Positions 9,167-20,213 of a stretch of DNA of 45,417 nucleotides are shown here, one piece after another. The translations under genes were made by a program, and so were the position numbers. Location of the stretch: the IMG/VR virus record IMGVR_UViG_2706794697_000014. One strand, 5' to 3'. Numbering within the stretch: the stretch's first letter is position 1; every line of letters starts with the position of its first letter. The stretch comes from a virus (lineage: Duplodnaviria; Heunggongvirae; Uroviricota; Caudoviricetes). The notes below the pieces were generated by a model. It did no database searches. It saw nothing but the letters and a program-made list of their open reading frames with translations, and had not been told where the DNA came from.

Positions 9167-9766
9167 TCAGAATTTATAACCGACACCCACGATGAAACCG
9201 TCAGTGCGCCAGTCGCCACTGCCGGAGCCTTCATAAGCAATATCAATGGCCACGGATTCGGTCGGGTTAAACTGCACGCCAGCTCCCCACGCCAGAGACG
9301 TGTTGCTGTGGCGACCGTCATCACTTCCGGTCAGCACATCGTGCGTTTTCCCCTTGTTGTCAGTTACGCGGAGATAATCCCCGGAGAAAGTCGACACACG
9401 GCTGTAAGCCACACCCGCCATCGCATACGCGCTGAACCATTCATTCACGCGCACAGACGGCCCCGCCATTACGCTGAACCAGCGGTTACGAACGGAATCT
9501 TCATGCCAGCGGGTATCGCTGTAACGGGTCAGCTGGCGATTCTTGTCTCCTGCATAGCTGAATGACGTCACCAGCCCCAGTGTGTCCGTAAACTCATAAC
9601 GGTATTTCACGTTAATCCCGTTCAGATCATCACTGCCGGGAACGTTGGTCCGGGCATGAAGATACCCCGCGCTCAGCGTGGACTGATGTTCAGACGCCCA
9701 TGCAGGCGCACCGGATACGGCCAGACAAATGGCTGCGGACAAAATTGCTGCACAAACTTTACGCAT
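9167..9766 (-). CDS. lom: Lom/Ail/PagC-family outer membrane protein
   Basis: 199-aa product with signal peptide MRKVCAAILSAAICLAVSGAPAWA and C-terminal beta-barrel ending GVGYKF; flanked by terminators. Confidence 0.85.
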   Translation of the reverse strand: MRKVCAAILSAAICLAVSGAPAWASEHQSTLSAGYLHARTNVPGSDDLNGINVKYRYEFTDTLGLVTSFSYAGDKNRQLTRYSDTRWHEDSVRNRWFSVMAGPSVRVNEWFSAYAMAGVAYSRVSTFSGDYLRVTDNKGKTHDVLTGSDDGRHSNTSLAWGAGVQFNPTESVAIDIAYEGSGSGDWRTDGFIVGVGYKF

Positions 9767-9790
9767 AATTACCTCTCGCTTTTCTGCAAT

Positions 9791-9814
9791 AAAAAAGGCG
9801 TCATTCCTGACGCC
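9791..9814 (-). terminator. intrinsic terminator downstream of J
   Basis: stem GGCGTCA/TGACGCC, loop TTCC, followed on minus strand by T6. Confidence 0.5.
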
Positions 9815-9836
9815 CTTTATTGGGGTTATAAATATT

Positions 9837-12800
9837 TCAACGAATACTGATGCCGGAAGCGGCTTTTTTGGTCACAATCACCGTACAGTCGGTGATATTG
9901 CCTGCCCCCTGATTGCCTTTCTGGAAAATCTTAAACTCCAGAGTGACGCTTCCCCTGCCACTCGGCATATCAATAACTGCACTGTAACTACCGGGAATGG
10001 CCCCTTTAGTTTCTCTGGATGCGATTAATACGCCGTTTTTGCGAACTTCAAAACCATAACCCGTGTATCGCGTGCCTCCTGGGTTATTTCCGCTCCCCGG
10101 ATCGTCATACGCTATACCGTTAAAAATAATGGGCGGAATAATAATCTGGCGGTCAAAGTTATGATCATCGCTGATGGTGACTGTAACCGTACCGTTTGGT
10201 GTTTCCGTGTTACCCCACGTACCGACTTTTTTCGGGAAGGCTTTTGATACAGCTTTAACGAAATCCCCTCTGACCTGGGTCGCCTCCAGCATGCCCTTAA
10301 TCGTACAGTTCTGGTTAATCGTGACATTGTTGAGCGTCCCTGAATTTGCATTCACATTACCGCTGATATCCGCATTTTTAGCGGTCAGCTTTCCGTCTGG
10401 TGTCAGGGAAAATGCCGGCGGATTTCCACCGCTGGTAATGGTGGGAGCCGTCAGGCGTTTCAGGAACACGTCATTCATGAATATCTGGTTGCCCTGCGCC
10501 ACAAACATCGGCGTTTCATTCCCGTTTGCCGGGTCAATAAACGCGATACGGTTAGCGGCAACCAGAAACTGGCTCAGTTTGCCTTCCTCCGTGTCCTCCA
10601 TGCTGAGGCCAATACCCGCGACATAATGTTTGCCGTCTTTGGTCTGCTCAATTTTGACGCCCCACATGGCATTCCACTTATCGTTGGCGTCCTTCCACTC
10701 TTTCGAAAACTCCTCCAGTCTGCTGGCGTTATCCTCCGTCAGGTCGACTTTTTCCAGCAGCTCCTGGCCGAGATGGGATTCGGTTATCTGGCCTTTGAAA
10801 AAATCCAGGTAACCTTCCGCATCATCGCTCGCCCGACCGACAGCCTCCACGAATGCTGATTTGCCGACGGTGTTCACACTGCGGATATAAAAGTAATAAT
10901 CATGGCCCGGCTTAATATTGATACTGGCGGCTATCCAGTACAGCCCCGTGCCAAGGTAGCGGGCTGTGGTTTCAACCTGCCTGATATCCGCAATCCGTTT
11001 TTCCGAGAACCAGAACTCAAACTGTACCGTCGGGTCATAAACCGCAAGATGCGGCGTGGCGGTTATCTGAAAATAGCCCGGCGTCAGCTCAATCCGCGAC
11101 GGCGCTGCCGGTGCGGCAATCCGGAACGATACCGACGCCGGATCGCCCTGCTGCCCCCACGCATTTACTGCCCGGACTGTCAGCCTGTAGTTCCCCAGAG
11201 CCAGTTGTGTGAAGCGGTAAGTGGTTTCCGTCGTCCGGGCCGTGCTGACCAGCCGCTCACGGCCGTCATCCGCTGCCACGGTCAGGCGAAGCAGGAAGCT
11301 CACGCCCTTCACCACCTTCGGCGTGTCCCAGCGGGCCAGCACCTGGTATTCCCCGCTGTCTGCGGTGACTTCTGCGGTCAGGTGCTGCACCGCTGGCGGC
11401 GTGACACCATTTACCGTGCCGCTCTGGTCGCCGTCAAAGTGCGCCCCGTTATCCACGATGGCCTCTTTTTCCGGTACATGCTGCACGGCAGTGATGGCAT
11501 ACGTGCCGTCGTCGTTCTCACGGATACTCACGCAGCGGAACAGGCGCTGGCGCAGCGTCGGCAGCTTCAGCCCCCATACGCTGTATTCAGCAACGCCGTC
11601 AGGAACACGGCTCACTTTCACCTTCACGCCGTCGGTGACGGACTGAACCTCCACGCTGACCGGACTCCCCTGCCCGTCAACCAGGCTTATCAGCGTGGTG
11701 CCGGAAGATGGCAGCGTGATTTCACGGTCGAGCGTCAGCGTCCGGGTCTGGCTGTTTACCGCCAGCACGCGCCCGCCGGTGCGGATACCGGCATAGTCAT
11801 CATCGCAGATTTCAATGACATCGCCCGGTACATGACGAAGCCCTTCAGCACCCACGCTGAAGTCCACGGTCTGCGTTTCCAGCAGTTCTGTTTTAATCAG
11901 CCACAGCCCGGCGCGGTGTGCCTGCCCCCGGCTGGTACAGCCAAAAGCATCCATCTTCGTGACGTTACGACCGTAACGGGCAATGGCCTGCGTGTCCTCC
12001 ACAAGCTCTGTCGCCGTCTCCCAGCCGTTATTCGGGTCAATCCAGTTCACCTCAACGGCATTATGGCGGTCCTTCAGGGCGCTGAANNNNNNNNNNNNNN
12101 NNNNNNNNNNNNNNNNNNNNNNNNNNNNNNNNNNNNNNNNNNNNNNNNNNNNNNNNNNNNNNNNNNNNNNNNNNNNNNNNNNNNNNNNNNNNNNNNNNNN
12201 NNNNNNNNNNNNNNNNNNNNNNNNNNNNNNNNNNNNNNNNNNNNNNNNNNNNNNNNNNNNNNNNNNNNNNNNNNNNNNNNNNNNNNNNNNNNNNNNNNNN
12301 NNNNNNNNNNNNNNNNNNNNNNNNNNNCGGCATCACCACATTACTGCGGTTATAGGTCCACACCTTATCCGACGGTCGGTCCTGCACGAACGTCAGCGTC
12401 TGCCCGTTCCATACCGGCATACAGCGCATCGCCGAGCAGAAATCACTGAGCACATCCCACGCCTTGCGCTGTGTGGTCAGGTACGCATTACAGGTGATGC
12501 GCGGCTCCGTGCCGCCAAAACCGTCCGGCACCGACTGATCGCAATGCTGGCCGATGACATACAGCGCCCATTTGTCCACATCCGCCGCACCAAGACGTTT
12601 CCCCATGCCGTAGCGCGGATGGGTCAGCATATCCCACAGACACCAGGCCATGTTGTTGCTGTATGCTGGCTTAAACGTTCCGTCCCAGATACCGCTGTAT
12701 TGCCGCGTCTGCGGGTTATAGCTCGACGGCACCTGCAGAATGCGCCCGCGCAGATGATAATTACGGCTCACCTGCTGGCTGCCGAACTGCTCCGAATCCA

Positions 12801-13464
12801 CCTGCACGCCGACCAGTGCCGTGTTCGGGTAGCACTGTTTCACATCGATGATTTCGGTGTATGACGACCAGAGCGTTTTGTTCTGCAGCTGGTCTGTGGT
12901 GCTGTCCGGCGTCATCCTGCGCATCCGTATATTGAACGGGCGCGGCGGCAGGTTACCCACCACCACCGAGGCCAGATACTGCGAGGTGGTTTTGCCCTTA
13001 ATGGTGATGTCTTTTTCCGTCACCCAGCCACCATTACGTTGTATCTGAACCAGCAGGCGGACTTCCGACGGATTCCTGTCCCCCTTTGAGGTGGTTTCCA
13101 CCAGTGCCTGCACACCGAAGGTAAAGCGCAGACGGTCAATGTTTGCCGACGTGATGGTCCGGGTGATCGGCGTGTCGTATTTCACTTCCGTACCCAGTAC
13201 CGTCTCGGAACCTGATGATTCAAATCCCTCCGGCGGTGTCTGTTCCTGCTCACCTGCCCGGAACACCACCGTGACACCAGAGATGTTGGTATTCCCCTCA
13301 CTGTCCAGCACCGGTGTACTGTTCAGCAGCACGCTTTTTAATCCATCCACCGGACCTTCAACCGGCCCTTCGCTGATGGTATCGATCACACTCAGCAACT
13401 GCGTGGACTTCAGGTTGTCCTTTGCTTCGCGCGGGGTATGCCCCTTACTGCTGCCTTTACCCAT
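9837..13464 (-). CDS. J: tail tip / host specificity protein J (interrupted by N-run)
   Basis: two collinear minus-strand ORFs (9837..12050 and 12061..13464) separated only by N-run 12087-12327; N-terminus [24 protein letters not shown] and fibronectin-like central region as in lambda J. Confidence 0.85.
12087..12327. other. assembly gap (241 N)
   Basis: run of n within J. Confidence 1.
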
Positions 13465-13524
13465 TCCTCACGCTCCATAAACGACAAAACCGCCCGGAGG
13501 CGGTTTCACATAAAACATTTTGCA

Positions 13525-14172
13525 TCAGCGACCAATCACCACAACCTGACCACCATCCCCTTCGTCTGCCGTGCTGATCTCCTGAGAAACCACACGTGAC
13601 CCCACGCGCATTTCACCGTACAGAACAGGCAGAACATTGCCCTGGGCAACCATGTTATCCAGTGAGGAGAAATAGGTGTTCTGTTTGCCGTTATCTGTAC
13701 TGGCTGCCGTGGGCGTCCTGGCTTTCGGTGCCAGCATCTGCGCCACTCCGCCCAGGATCATACTGGCCCCTGCCGCATACATGCCCGATACAGCCGCGGC
13801 CCCCAGCCAGCCCACAGGGTTCCACCATGCCACCGCAATCAGCGCCGCCCCAAGCACCACCTGAAACACACCGCCACTTTTAGCTCCCGCCAGACGCGGC
13901 ACGATGTGGATCACGGCACCATTTGCCAGCGGCTCATTAAGACGGGCAGATAATTCATTTTCGCCTGCATCACGCCCGGCAATGCGCACCTGATACCAGC
14001 CCTCATTCAGTTTCTGACGAAACGCCGGGATCTGCATGGCCAGCGCCCGGATGGCTTCGGACCCCGTTTTCACTCGAAGGTCGATGCGGCGGCCAAATCG
14101 TTGTAAATCCCCGTAAAGGCAGATGCGTGCCATGCCCGGTGACGCCAGAGGGAGTGTGTGCGTCGCTGCCAT
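13525..14172 (-). CDS. I: tail assembly protein I
   Basis: 215-aa product MAATHTLPLASPGMARICLYGDLQRFGRR... matches lambda I as recalled. Confidence 0.85.
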   Translation of the reverse strand: MAATHTLPLASPGMARICLYGDLQRFGRRIDLRVKTGSEAIRALAMQIPAFRQKLNEGWYQVRIAGRDAGENELSARLNEPLANGAVIHIVPRLAGAKSGGVFQVVLGAALIAVAWWNPVGWLGAAAVSGMYAAGASMILGGVAQMLAPKARTPTAASTDNGKQNTYFSSLDNMVAQGNVLPVLYGEMRVGSRVVSQEISTADEGDGGQVVVIGR

Positions 14173-14813
14173 TTGTCGGTATACCTCTCTCGTTTGCTCA
14201 GTTGTTCAGGAATATGGTGCAGCAGCTCGCCGTCACCACAGTAAATGGCGGCATGATTCGGCACCGATGAACCAAAACAGCACAGCAGCACATCGCCCGG
14301 CTGCGCCGCTGACAACGGCACCTGATACAGCCCTGTAGCCTCCAGATTATCCAGATAGAGATTCTGACCGTGACGCCACCAGTCATCCCCGCGATGAAAA
14401 TCCGGCATCTCAATCCCCGCCAGATGGTAAGCATCCCGGAACAGCGTGTAACAGTCCGTCACCCCGTGCTCAAAGCGCCGCCCGGTAAGATGTGGCACAC
14501 AGCGGAACTTGTGAATCGCCCCCCGGCAGACCAGCCACCACGGCAAATCACTCTGCACCTGCAGCCGCCGGTCGGCCTCACTCAGCCAGGGCAGACCACC
14601 GGGGTGGCTGTGGACCAGCGCCACAATCTCACCCTGCATCTCTGCCCGCAGCCAGTCCTCCGGCGACATCCGGAAATACTCCTCCGGCTCACCGGAGATA
14701 TTCACGCAGGGAAAATATCTTTCCCCCTCCGGTGTTCTCACCACGAAGCCGCACGACTCCGCTGGCGCACATCGCCGGGCGTGCGCCAGAATCGCTGATT
14801 CTGTCTCTGTCAT
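14070..14813 (-). CDS. K: tail assembly protein K (JAB/MPN plus NlpC/P60)
   Basis: 247-aa product MTETESAILAHARRCAPAESCGFV...HSHPGG matches lambda K; overlaps I. Confidence 0.85.
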   Translation of the reverse strand: MTETESAILAHARRCAPAESCGFVVRTPEGERYFPCVNISGEPEEYFRMSPEDWLRAEMQGEIVALVHSHPGGLPWLSEADRRLQVQSDLPWWLVCRGAIHKFRCVPHLTGRRFEHGVTDCYTLFRDAYHLAGIEMPDFHRGDDWWRHGQNLYLDNLEATGLYQVPLSAAQPGDVLLCCFGSSVPNHAAIYCGDGELLHHIPEQLSKRERYTDKWQRRTHSLWRHRAWHASAFTGIYNDLAAASTFE

Positions 14814-14818
14814 GGGAT

Positions 14819-15299
14819 TTACTGCGAAAGTTTGTTAATGGAAAGGAAGCCGCCAAAGTTGCCGACGTTATTGCGAAACTTACAGCCGCTCAGGCATTTG
14901 CTGCATTTATCCTTCGTGATATCGGACGTCGGCTGATCATATTCATCCGCGACCGCCGGACCGTGATAACCGCACTCATCGCCGCGATAGGTCCAGGTGC
15001 AGGTGTTGGCCAGCATGATACGTCCCGGAAAAACGGCACCGTCCGTTTCCGTCGGCGTGGACAGTACAANNNNNNNNNNNNNNNNNNNNNNNNNNNNNNN
15101 NNNNNNNNNNNNNNNNNNNNNNNNNNNNNNNNNNCTGTCGCCCCTGCCAGGTGACCGGCTCACCTTTTTCGTTCTGCTCATTACAGAAAAAATAACGTTC
15201 TCCACCGACCTCTGTCAGATCGATTTCCCAGAGCACCACCTGGGCTGACTGAGTGAGGCGTGTCGTCTCATGATGTGTTTCCTGTGGAATATCCTGCAT
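14819..15299 (-). CDS. L: minor tail protein L (interrupted by N-run)
   Basis: N-terminal piece MQDIPQETHHETTRLTQSAQVVLWEIDLTEVGGERYFFCNEQNEKGEPVTWQGRQ and C-terminal piece ...CKFRNNVGNFGGFLSINKLSQ match lambda L; N-run 15070-15134 breaks the frame. Confidence 0.8.
15070..15134. other. assembly gap (65 N)
   Basis: run of n within L. Confidence 1.
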
Positions 15300-15308
15300 C
15301 AGAGACTC

Positions 15309-15638
15309 CTATGCCACGACCTGTTCAAAATCTGCCGTTATGGTTACCCACAACGCCCCCACGCTTGCCGACCATTTACGACAAACCACCCTGATCGGCT
15401 TCCAGTCATAAGGTGGCGTCCACTGAAATGCGCGGACGCCACCGTGCCGTTCCAGAAAGGCTTTTAAAGATGGGTGTTCACATTTACGAACACGTATCGT
15501 CACGCTGTAAGTCGACAACTGGTTATTCAGTCCCGCCGCACGACGCTGTTCATAACCATCGCCCAGCTTCACTGTCACCACTTTCGGCTCTGATACCACA
15601 TTCATATCCGGGCGCACTTTCCAGTGAAACGTCTCCAT
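15309..15638 (-). CDS. M: minor tail protein M
   Basis: 109-aa ORF at the lambda M position between L and H. Confidence 0.8.
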   Translation of the reverse strand: METFHWKVRPDMNVVSEPKVVTVKLGDGYEQRRAAGLNNQLSTYSVTIRVRKCEHPSLKAFLERHGGVRAFQWTPPYDWKPIRVVCRKWSASVGALWVTITADFEQVVA

Positions 15639-18600
15639 TACCGATATGCTCCACTTAACCGACCACCATCACGGGCCTGCTGTTGCATAAAGTCCGCTGC
15701 CGCTTTTTTCCCAAGGTCATAAACCACCTTCAGGGCAGCCGGACCTATCTGCCCGTTCGTGCCATCGTTATTGATCTCGATGTTGTACTGCGGGGCAAAC
15801 ATCGCCATACCTGAACCACCAATATCCGCCACAACCCCCAGCTTACCGTCAGCACCACGACGCAGTGGCAGAATGGCTTCAGGTCCCGCTTCCCCCATCA
15901 CACCCGCGCCTTTTGCAAAAGCAAAAAACGTCGGACGGTTAACCACCGTGCCACTGTAACGACTCAAATCAGCAGACTGATAAATCCCCCCATTGGCATT
16001 CAGGGAAAGGCTGCTGAGATCAAATCCCAGTACACTGCCAATCCCTTTTATCGATTTCATCATGGTTGCCTGCGCCAGGATTTTCGCCATATCTGACAGC
16101 ACAGAAGAGGTGAAGGATTTGAAATTGAGTTTGCCGGTAGTGACAAAAGTTGCCAGGCCATTTCCCATGTTGCTGAAGGCTGACGAGAACACCTGTTCTG
16201 CTGTTCCTGCCGTATTATCTGCATCCACGGTAAAATCCTGAAATGCACGCAGGACTCCGTTTTTCCAGTTACCCTGCACAACTTCAAGCTGTTGCCAGTA
16301 ACGGCGATTCTCATTCAGTTGTCGGTTCAGGCTCTCCGTCAGCGCCTGCTCGGCCTTTCTGTAGTCATCCGTGTTATATGTTCCTTTCTGCTCACTATCC
16401 CGCCTCAACTGCTCCAGCTGTTGCTGGTATTTCTGGCGAAGACTCAGTTGTACCTGATATCGCTGCCGCTGCTGATCACCCATACCCACCGTGGCGATAT
16501 CCAGGTCATGTTGCTGACGCTGAGCGCGCTCTTCTTCAGCCAGTTGACTGGTCAGCTGAATTGTTTTTTTCTTCAGCTCGTTGAGTGCCGTCTGTTTCTG
16601 AAGCTCCTGCTGTTTTACATCCAGCAGCGTCAGTGCCTGAATCAGTTCATCTTTACGGGCCAGCACACTCTTTTCATCTGCCGTCAGTTTTTTCCCGTCC
16701 AGGTCGCTGATGCGCTGCTGCAGAGCCAGAAGCTGTTTATGCGCTTCTGTCATCCTTTCCGTGGCAATGCCTGCTGACTGTCTGGCAGCAGCAATCTGTC
16801 CTTCCACCTGTGCCTGTTGCTGACTGTACTGCAGCAATAACCGGGTGGCCTCATCATTACGGGGTTCGCGTGTTTTTTTCTTACCGGATGCCAGGGCTTT
16901 CTCGTAACGTTCATTTTCACGTTGTATCGCCGCATCCCTGACAGCCTGATCGGCGTACTGCATGGAATTAATACGCGCAATTTCACGCTGATGTCGTGCT
17001 GCTTCCGTTTCATTCATCCGGTTCAGTGCAGCATTTTCAGCATTACGGCGTTTCTGTTGCTCCTGATAATTCCGCTCTGCCTGCTCTTTTGCATCCTGCA
17101 AATCCTTCTGGCGTTTTTTCTCCTGAAGCTCGTTAAGACGCTGCTGATCGTACTCAACCTGAGAAGATGATGCCGTCCAGGGGAGTCTTTTCGCCCGCGA
17201 CACTTTCTCCTGTAAAGCGGAAATCTGTTCATCCAGCGAGTCTTCACGACCAATATTCATGGCCGCATCCCAGAAACGACTCCATAAATCAGACAGATAC
17301 TTCAGCGTACTGCCCAGCGCATTGAGGTTATTATCAATATCCGCAGTACGCCGACCGGTTTCCTCTGCCAGTGCAGACATGGCTATCCGTGCCGCATCAC
17401 TGGACCGCCCCTGTTCCCCAAGGACGCGTATCTGCTCAAGCTGAGTGGCAGTAAGAAAATGCAGCTCATTGTCCAGAGCCTTCGCGGCATTTACAGGATC
17501 ATCCTTCAGCCGCTTAAACTGATTTATGGTATCGCTGACCGACTGGCCAACCGATCGCTCCATCTGTGCGGCAGCTCTCGCCACCATACCGATATCGTTT
17601 CCACGAAATGCACCACTCCCCACCACCTGAGCCAGCGCACCGGCTGCAGCATGTTGCGTAATACCATTCCCGGAAATAGCACGACTGAGCGTCCACAGCT
17701 GCCCGGCAGTGACTCCGGCATAATGCCCCGTCAGCGACAACTGGCGGTTAAATTCTTCCCCCTCCTTCTGACCGTCATACCAGGCTTTACCCAGACCATA
17801 GACAGCCGCGGCAATACCGCCAATAACCCCGCCCAGCATCATGCCTTTCGGTGACATCAGTGTGTCTATCCATCCGGCACGGTTAGCCAGCGTTATTCCG
17901 GACCCCCTCAGCGCCCCTAAATTGCCGCGGGCCAGTTCACCTATCAGAACGCCTATCTCCTGGCGGGCTGCTGCACTTTTCAGACCCAGCGAATGCGTGG
18001 CTTTTCCTGCCTGCTCCATTTTGCGGATATACACTTCTGCAGCACTGCTTACCCCCAGCTGGGCAGCCTTAGCACGAAGCAACTCAGAAGATGAAAGATT
18101 CTGGCGGGTTGCCTGCTCTTTAAGCTGACGGATAAACGCCACTTTCTGTCGGGTAGCCTCTTCCTCAGCCTGTGTAAGAACACGGGTTTTCGCCGTAACC
18201 TCAGAAATCAGCGCCAGATAATCCTGCTGACCAATCCCGCCACTGTTTCTGGCCTGTCGGATCTGCTGCTGAATACGCTGTAATTCCTGCAGCCCCGCAC
18301 TGGCCTGTTTCACACTGTCAATCTGACGATAAAACGCAGCAGCCGCTTTATCCTGAGCCTCCGCCAGAGCCATGGCCTGCGCCTGTTCCTCGCGCATTTT
18401 CTGGCTCAGTGCCTCCATGCGCTGGCGGGTTTTCTCCACCTCGCGGGACATGCGTTCATGAGCCTGTGCGTTCTTCTCCACCGTCTGCGCATGGACGGAT
18501 GCGGCTGTTGCAGCCGAAGAAGCCGCCTGCGTTGTCTGCCGGGCGGCCTGAGTCTGACGCTCCATAAAACGCTGCATACGGGCAGAAGACCGTTCTGCAT

Positions 18601-18703
18601 CGCTGGCTGCACCATTCAGAAGGTTTTTGATACGGGGAATTTCATTTTTAAACTCTGCCGCATCAATCCCCAAATCAATGACCAGGTTGGCTATCTGGTC
18701 CAT
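15638..18703 (-). CDS. H: tail tape measure protein H
   Basis: about 1020-aa coiled-coil-rich ORF; C-terminus NNDGTNGQIGPAALKVVYDLGKKAAADFMQQQARDGGRLSGAYR matches lambda H; start set at MDQIANLVIDLG. Confidence 0.85.
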   Translation of the reverse strand: MDQIANLVIDLGIDAAEFKNEIPRIKNLLNGAASDAERSSARMQRFMERQTQAARQTTQAASSAATAASVHAQTVEKNAQAHERMSREVEKTRQRMEALSQKMREEQAQAMALAEAQDKAAAAFYRQIDSVKQASAGLQELQRIQQQIRQARNSGGIGQQDYLALISEVTAKTRVLTQAEEEATRQKVAFIRQLKEQATRQNLSSSELLRAKAAQLGVSSAAEVYIRKMEQAGKATHSLGLKSAAARQEIGVLIGELARGNLGALRGSGITLANRAGWIDTLMSPKGMMLGGVIGGIAAAVYGLGKAWYDGQKEGEEFNRQLSLTGHYAGVTAGQLWTLSRAISGNGITQHAAAGALAQVVGSGAFRGNDIGMVARAAAQMERSVGQSVSDTINQFKRLKDDPVNAAKALDNELHFLTATQLEQIRVLGEQGRSSDAARIAMSALAEETGRRTADIDNNLNALGSTLKYLSDLWSRFWDAAMNIGREDSLDEQISALQEKVSRAKRLPWTASSSQVEYDQQRLNELQEKKRQKDLQDAKEQAERNYQEQQKRRNAENAALNRMNETEAARHQREIARINSMQYADQAVRDAAIQRENERYEKALASGKKKTREPRNDEATRLLLQYSQQQAQVEGQIAAARQSAGIATERMTEAHKQLLALQQRISDLDGKKLTADEKSVLARKDELIQALTLLDVKQQELQKQTALNELKKKTIQLTSQLAEEERAQRQQHDLDIATVGMGDQQRQRYQVQLSLRQKYQQQLEQLRRDSEQKGTYNTDDYRKAEQALTESLNRQLNENRRYWQQLEVVQGNWKNGVLRAFQDFTVDADNTAGTAEQVFSSAFSNMGNGLATFVTTGKLNFKSFTSSVLSDMAKILAQATMMKSIKGIGSVLGFDLSSLSLNANGGIYQSADLSRYSGTVVNRPTFFAFAKGAGVMGEAGPEAILPLRRGADGKLGVVADIGGSGMAMFAPQYNIEINNDGTNGQIGPAALKVVYDLGKKAAADFMQQQARDGGRLSGAYR

Positions 18704-19004
18704 AACGCACACCTCCGGAAATACCTTCCCCAAGATGCATCAGTTCTTCGTCCGTTCGCTCCGGTATCCCGTTCTCTTCCGGTAAAAGGCTGAAATCAGC
18801 CACCGCAGCATCACTGCTGCCGGACACCATTCTCACGATCAATGCCTTCAGCGAGGCAAACTGCGCATCCATCCACACATCACTGAAGCTCTGCATCCGG
18901 AAATAATCGCCCCACTGACCAAGCTCAGTGGCCGACATTTCCGACAGCATCCGCCGCCAGTCTGCCCGCCGGAACTCCCGGGCAAGCCGCATGACAAACT
19001 GCAT
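18675..19004 (-). CDS. T: tail assembly chaperone T segment (expressed as G-T by -1 frameshift)
   Basis: ORF in -1 frame relative to G, open from just upstream of the G stop; position between G and H as in lambda. Confidence 0.55.
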   Translation of the reverse strand: MQFVMRLAREFRRADWRRMLSEMSATELGQWGDYFRMQSFSDVWMDAQFASLKALIVRMVSGSSDAAVADFSLLPEENGIPERTDEELMHLGEGISGGVRYGPDSQPGH

Positions 19005-19012
19005 TTCCCGCG

Positions 19013-19404
19013 TCAGGACTTTTCCGGCGTCAGCCCCTCATGCTCCAAATCCCCGGCATTATCAATGGCCCCCATACCGCTCAGCGACAGAACCATCTCC
19101 GCCCCCGCACCCAGGGCATCATACGACCATGTTGTAATAACGGATGCGTAAAGCGTCTCAACATCCTGAGACTGTTCCGCATTCCACAGTGAGCGGGAAA
19201 CCAGCCAGGCATTGATATCCATCCCCATCCGCAGAAAAGCAATCTGTCGTTCAGCCTCCGGCAGTTCTCCCTCCCCGGCATCAAACTTTGCCGTTCGCTG
19301 CTGAACAAACGTCAGATATTCAATTCTCTGCAGCCCGGACAGCTCACTGAGCACCACGGACTGTTTTTCATAATTAAACGTGTCCTGTTTCAGAAACATC
19401 ATGT
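19013..19404 (-). CDS. G: tail assembly chaperone G
   Basis: product MMFLKQDTFNYEKQSVVLSELSGLQRIEYL resembles lambda G; GGTGGAG RBS. Confidence 0.7.
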
Positions 19405-19459
19405 TCTCCACCTGTAAAAAAGCCCCGAATAACCGGGGCAAATGATGAGTATCGTCCTG

Positions 19460-20203
19460 TTAACCTGCTGCGCTGACAGTCACCGTAGCCACTGCCACAA
19501 AATTCCCGTCAGCGGTCATGCCCACAATGCTGACACTGCCCTGCTTCACGCCTTTCACCGTGGCCACAAGCCCGTTCAGGGTCACCGTGGCAGTCTGTGG
19601 ATCTGTCGAATGCACACTGATCGCTTTGTCACTGGCTCCGTCAGGTTTTACTGTAAAGGTCAGCGTGGTGGTTGCTCCCACTTTTACACTGGCAGATGCC
19701 GGTGCCACCGTCAGCCCGGTAACGCTCACTGTTTCAGTGCCTTCCTCTGCCAGATACGGACGCCCCACACCGCTGATTTTCACTGTGCGGGTCATCACGT
19801 CTTTTGAGGCAATGGTTTTACCCAGTGAACTCAGCCAGCCACGGAAAACATCAACAGTACCGTTGGGATATTTGATACGAAACGCGCAGACTTCACCGGA
19901 GTCGAACAACTGAACCAGTTTTTTCTGCCCGCTGTCACCCGGACGCCAGGCCAGCGTCGCCGAAGTATCACCAACGGATTTCTGCCCCTGGGTTGTCGTT
20001 TTCCAGTCTGCATCTTCATCATCGAGATAAGTGTCATCTTCTGCATCAGCGGTCATTTCGCCAGGTTGCAGATCCTTCACCATCGCAAGACGCAGCCAGT
20101 CAGTGTCCGATAAAGGGTTCGCAAACGCATCGCCCTTGCCGGTATACATCCAGAACGTCGTTCCCGCACCTTTCGTTTTTGCCAGTGGATTTGGTGTGGT
20201 CAT
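19460..20203 (-). CDS. V: major tail protein V (with C-terminal Ig-like domain)
   Basis: MTTPNPLAKTKGAGTTFWMY...YPNGTVDVFRGWLSSLGK matches lambda V; AAGGAGG RBS; start trimmed from track ORF. Confidence 0.85.
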   Translation of the reverse strand: MTTPNPLAKTKGAGTTFWMYTGKGDAFANPLSDTDWLRLAMVKDLQPGEMTADAEDDTYLDDEDADWKTTTQGQKSVGDTSATLAWRPGDSGQKKLVQLFDSGEVCAFRIKYPNGTVDVFRGWLSSLGKTIASKDVMTRTVKISGVGRPYLAEEGTETVSVTGLTVAPASASVKVGATTTLTFTVKPDGASDKAISVHSTDPQTATVTLNGLVATVKGVKQGSVSIVGMTADGNFVAVATVTVSAAG

Positions 20204-20213
20204 TACCACCTCC

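Noticed and set aside
10902-12864. Plus-strand ORFs 10902..12449 and 11983..12864 antisense to J
   Set aside because: Antisense to a confidently assigned gene and run through the N gap (X residues); artefacts.
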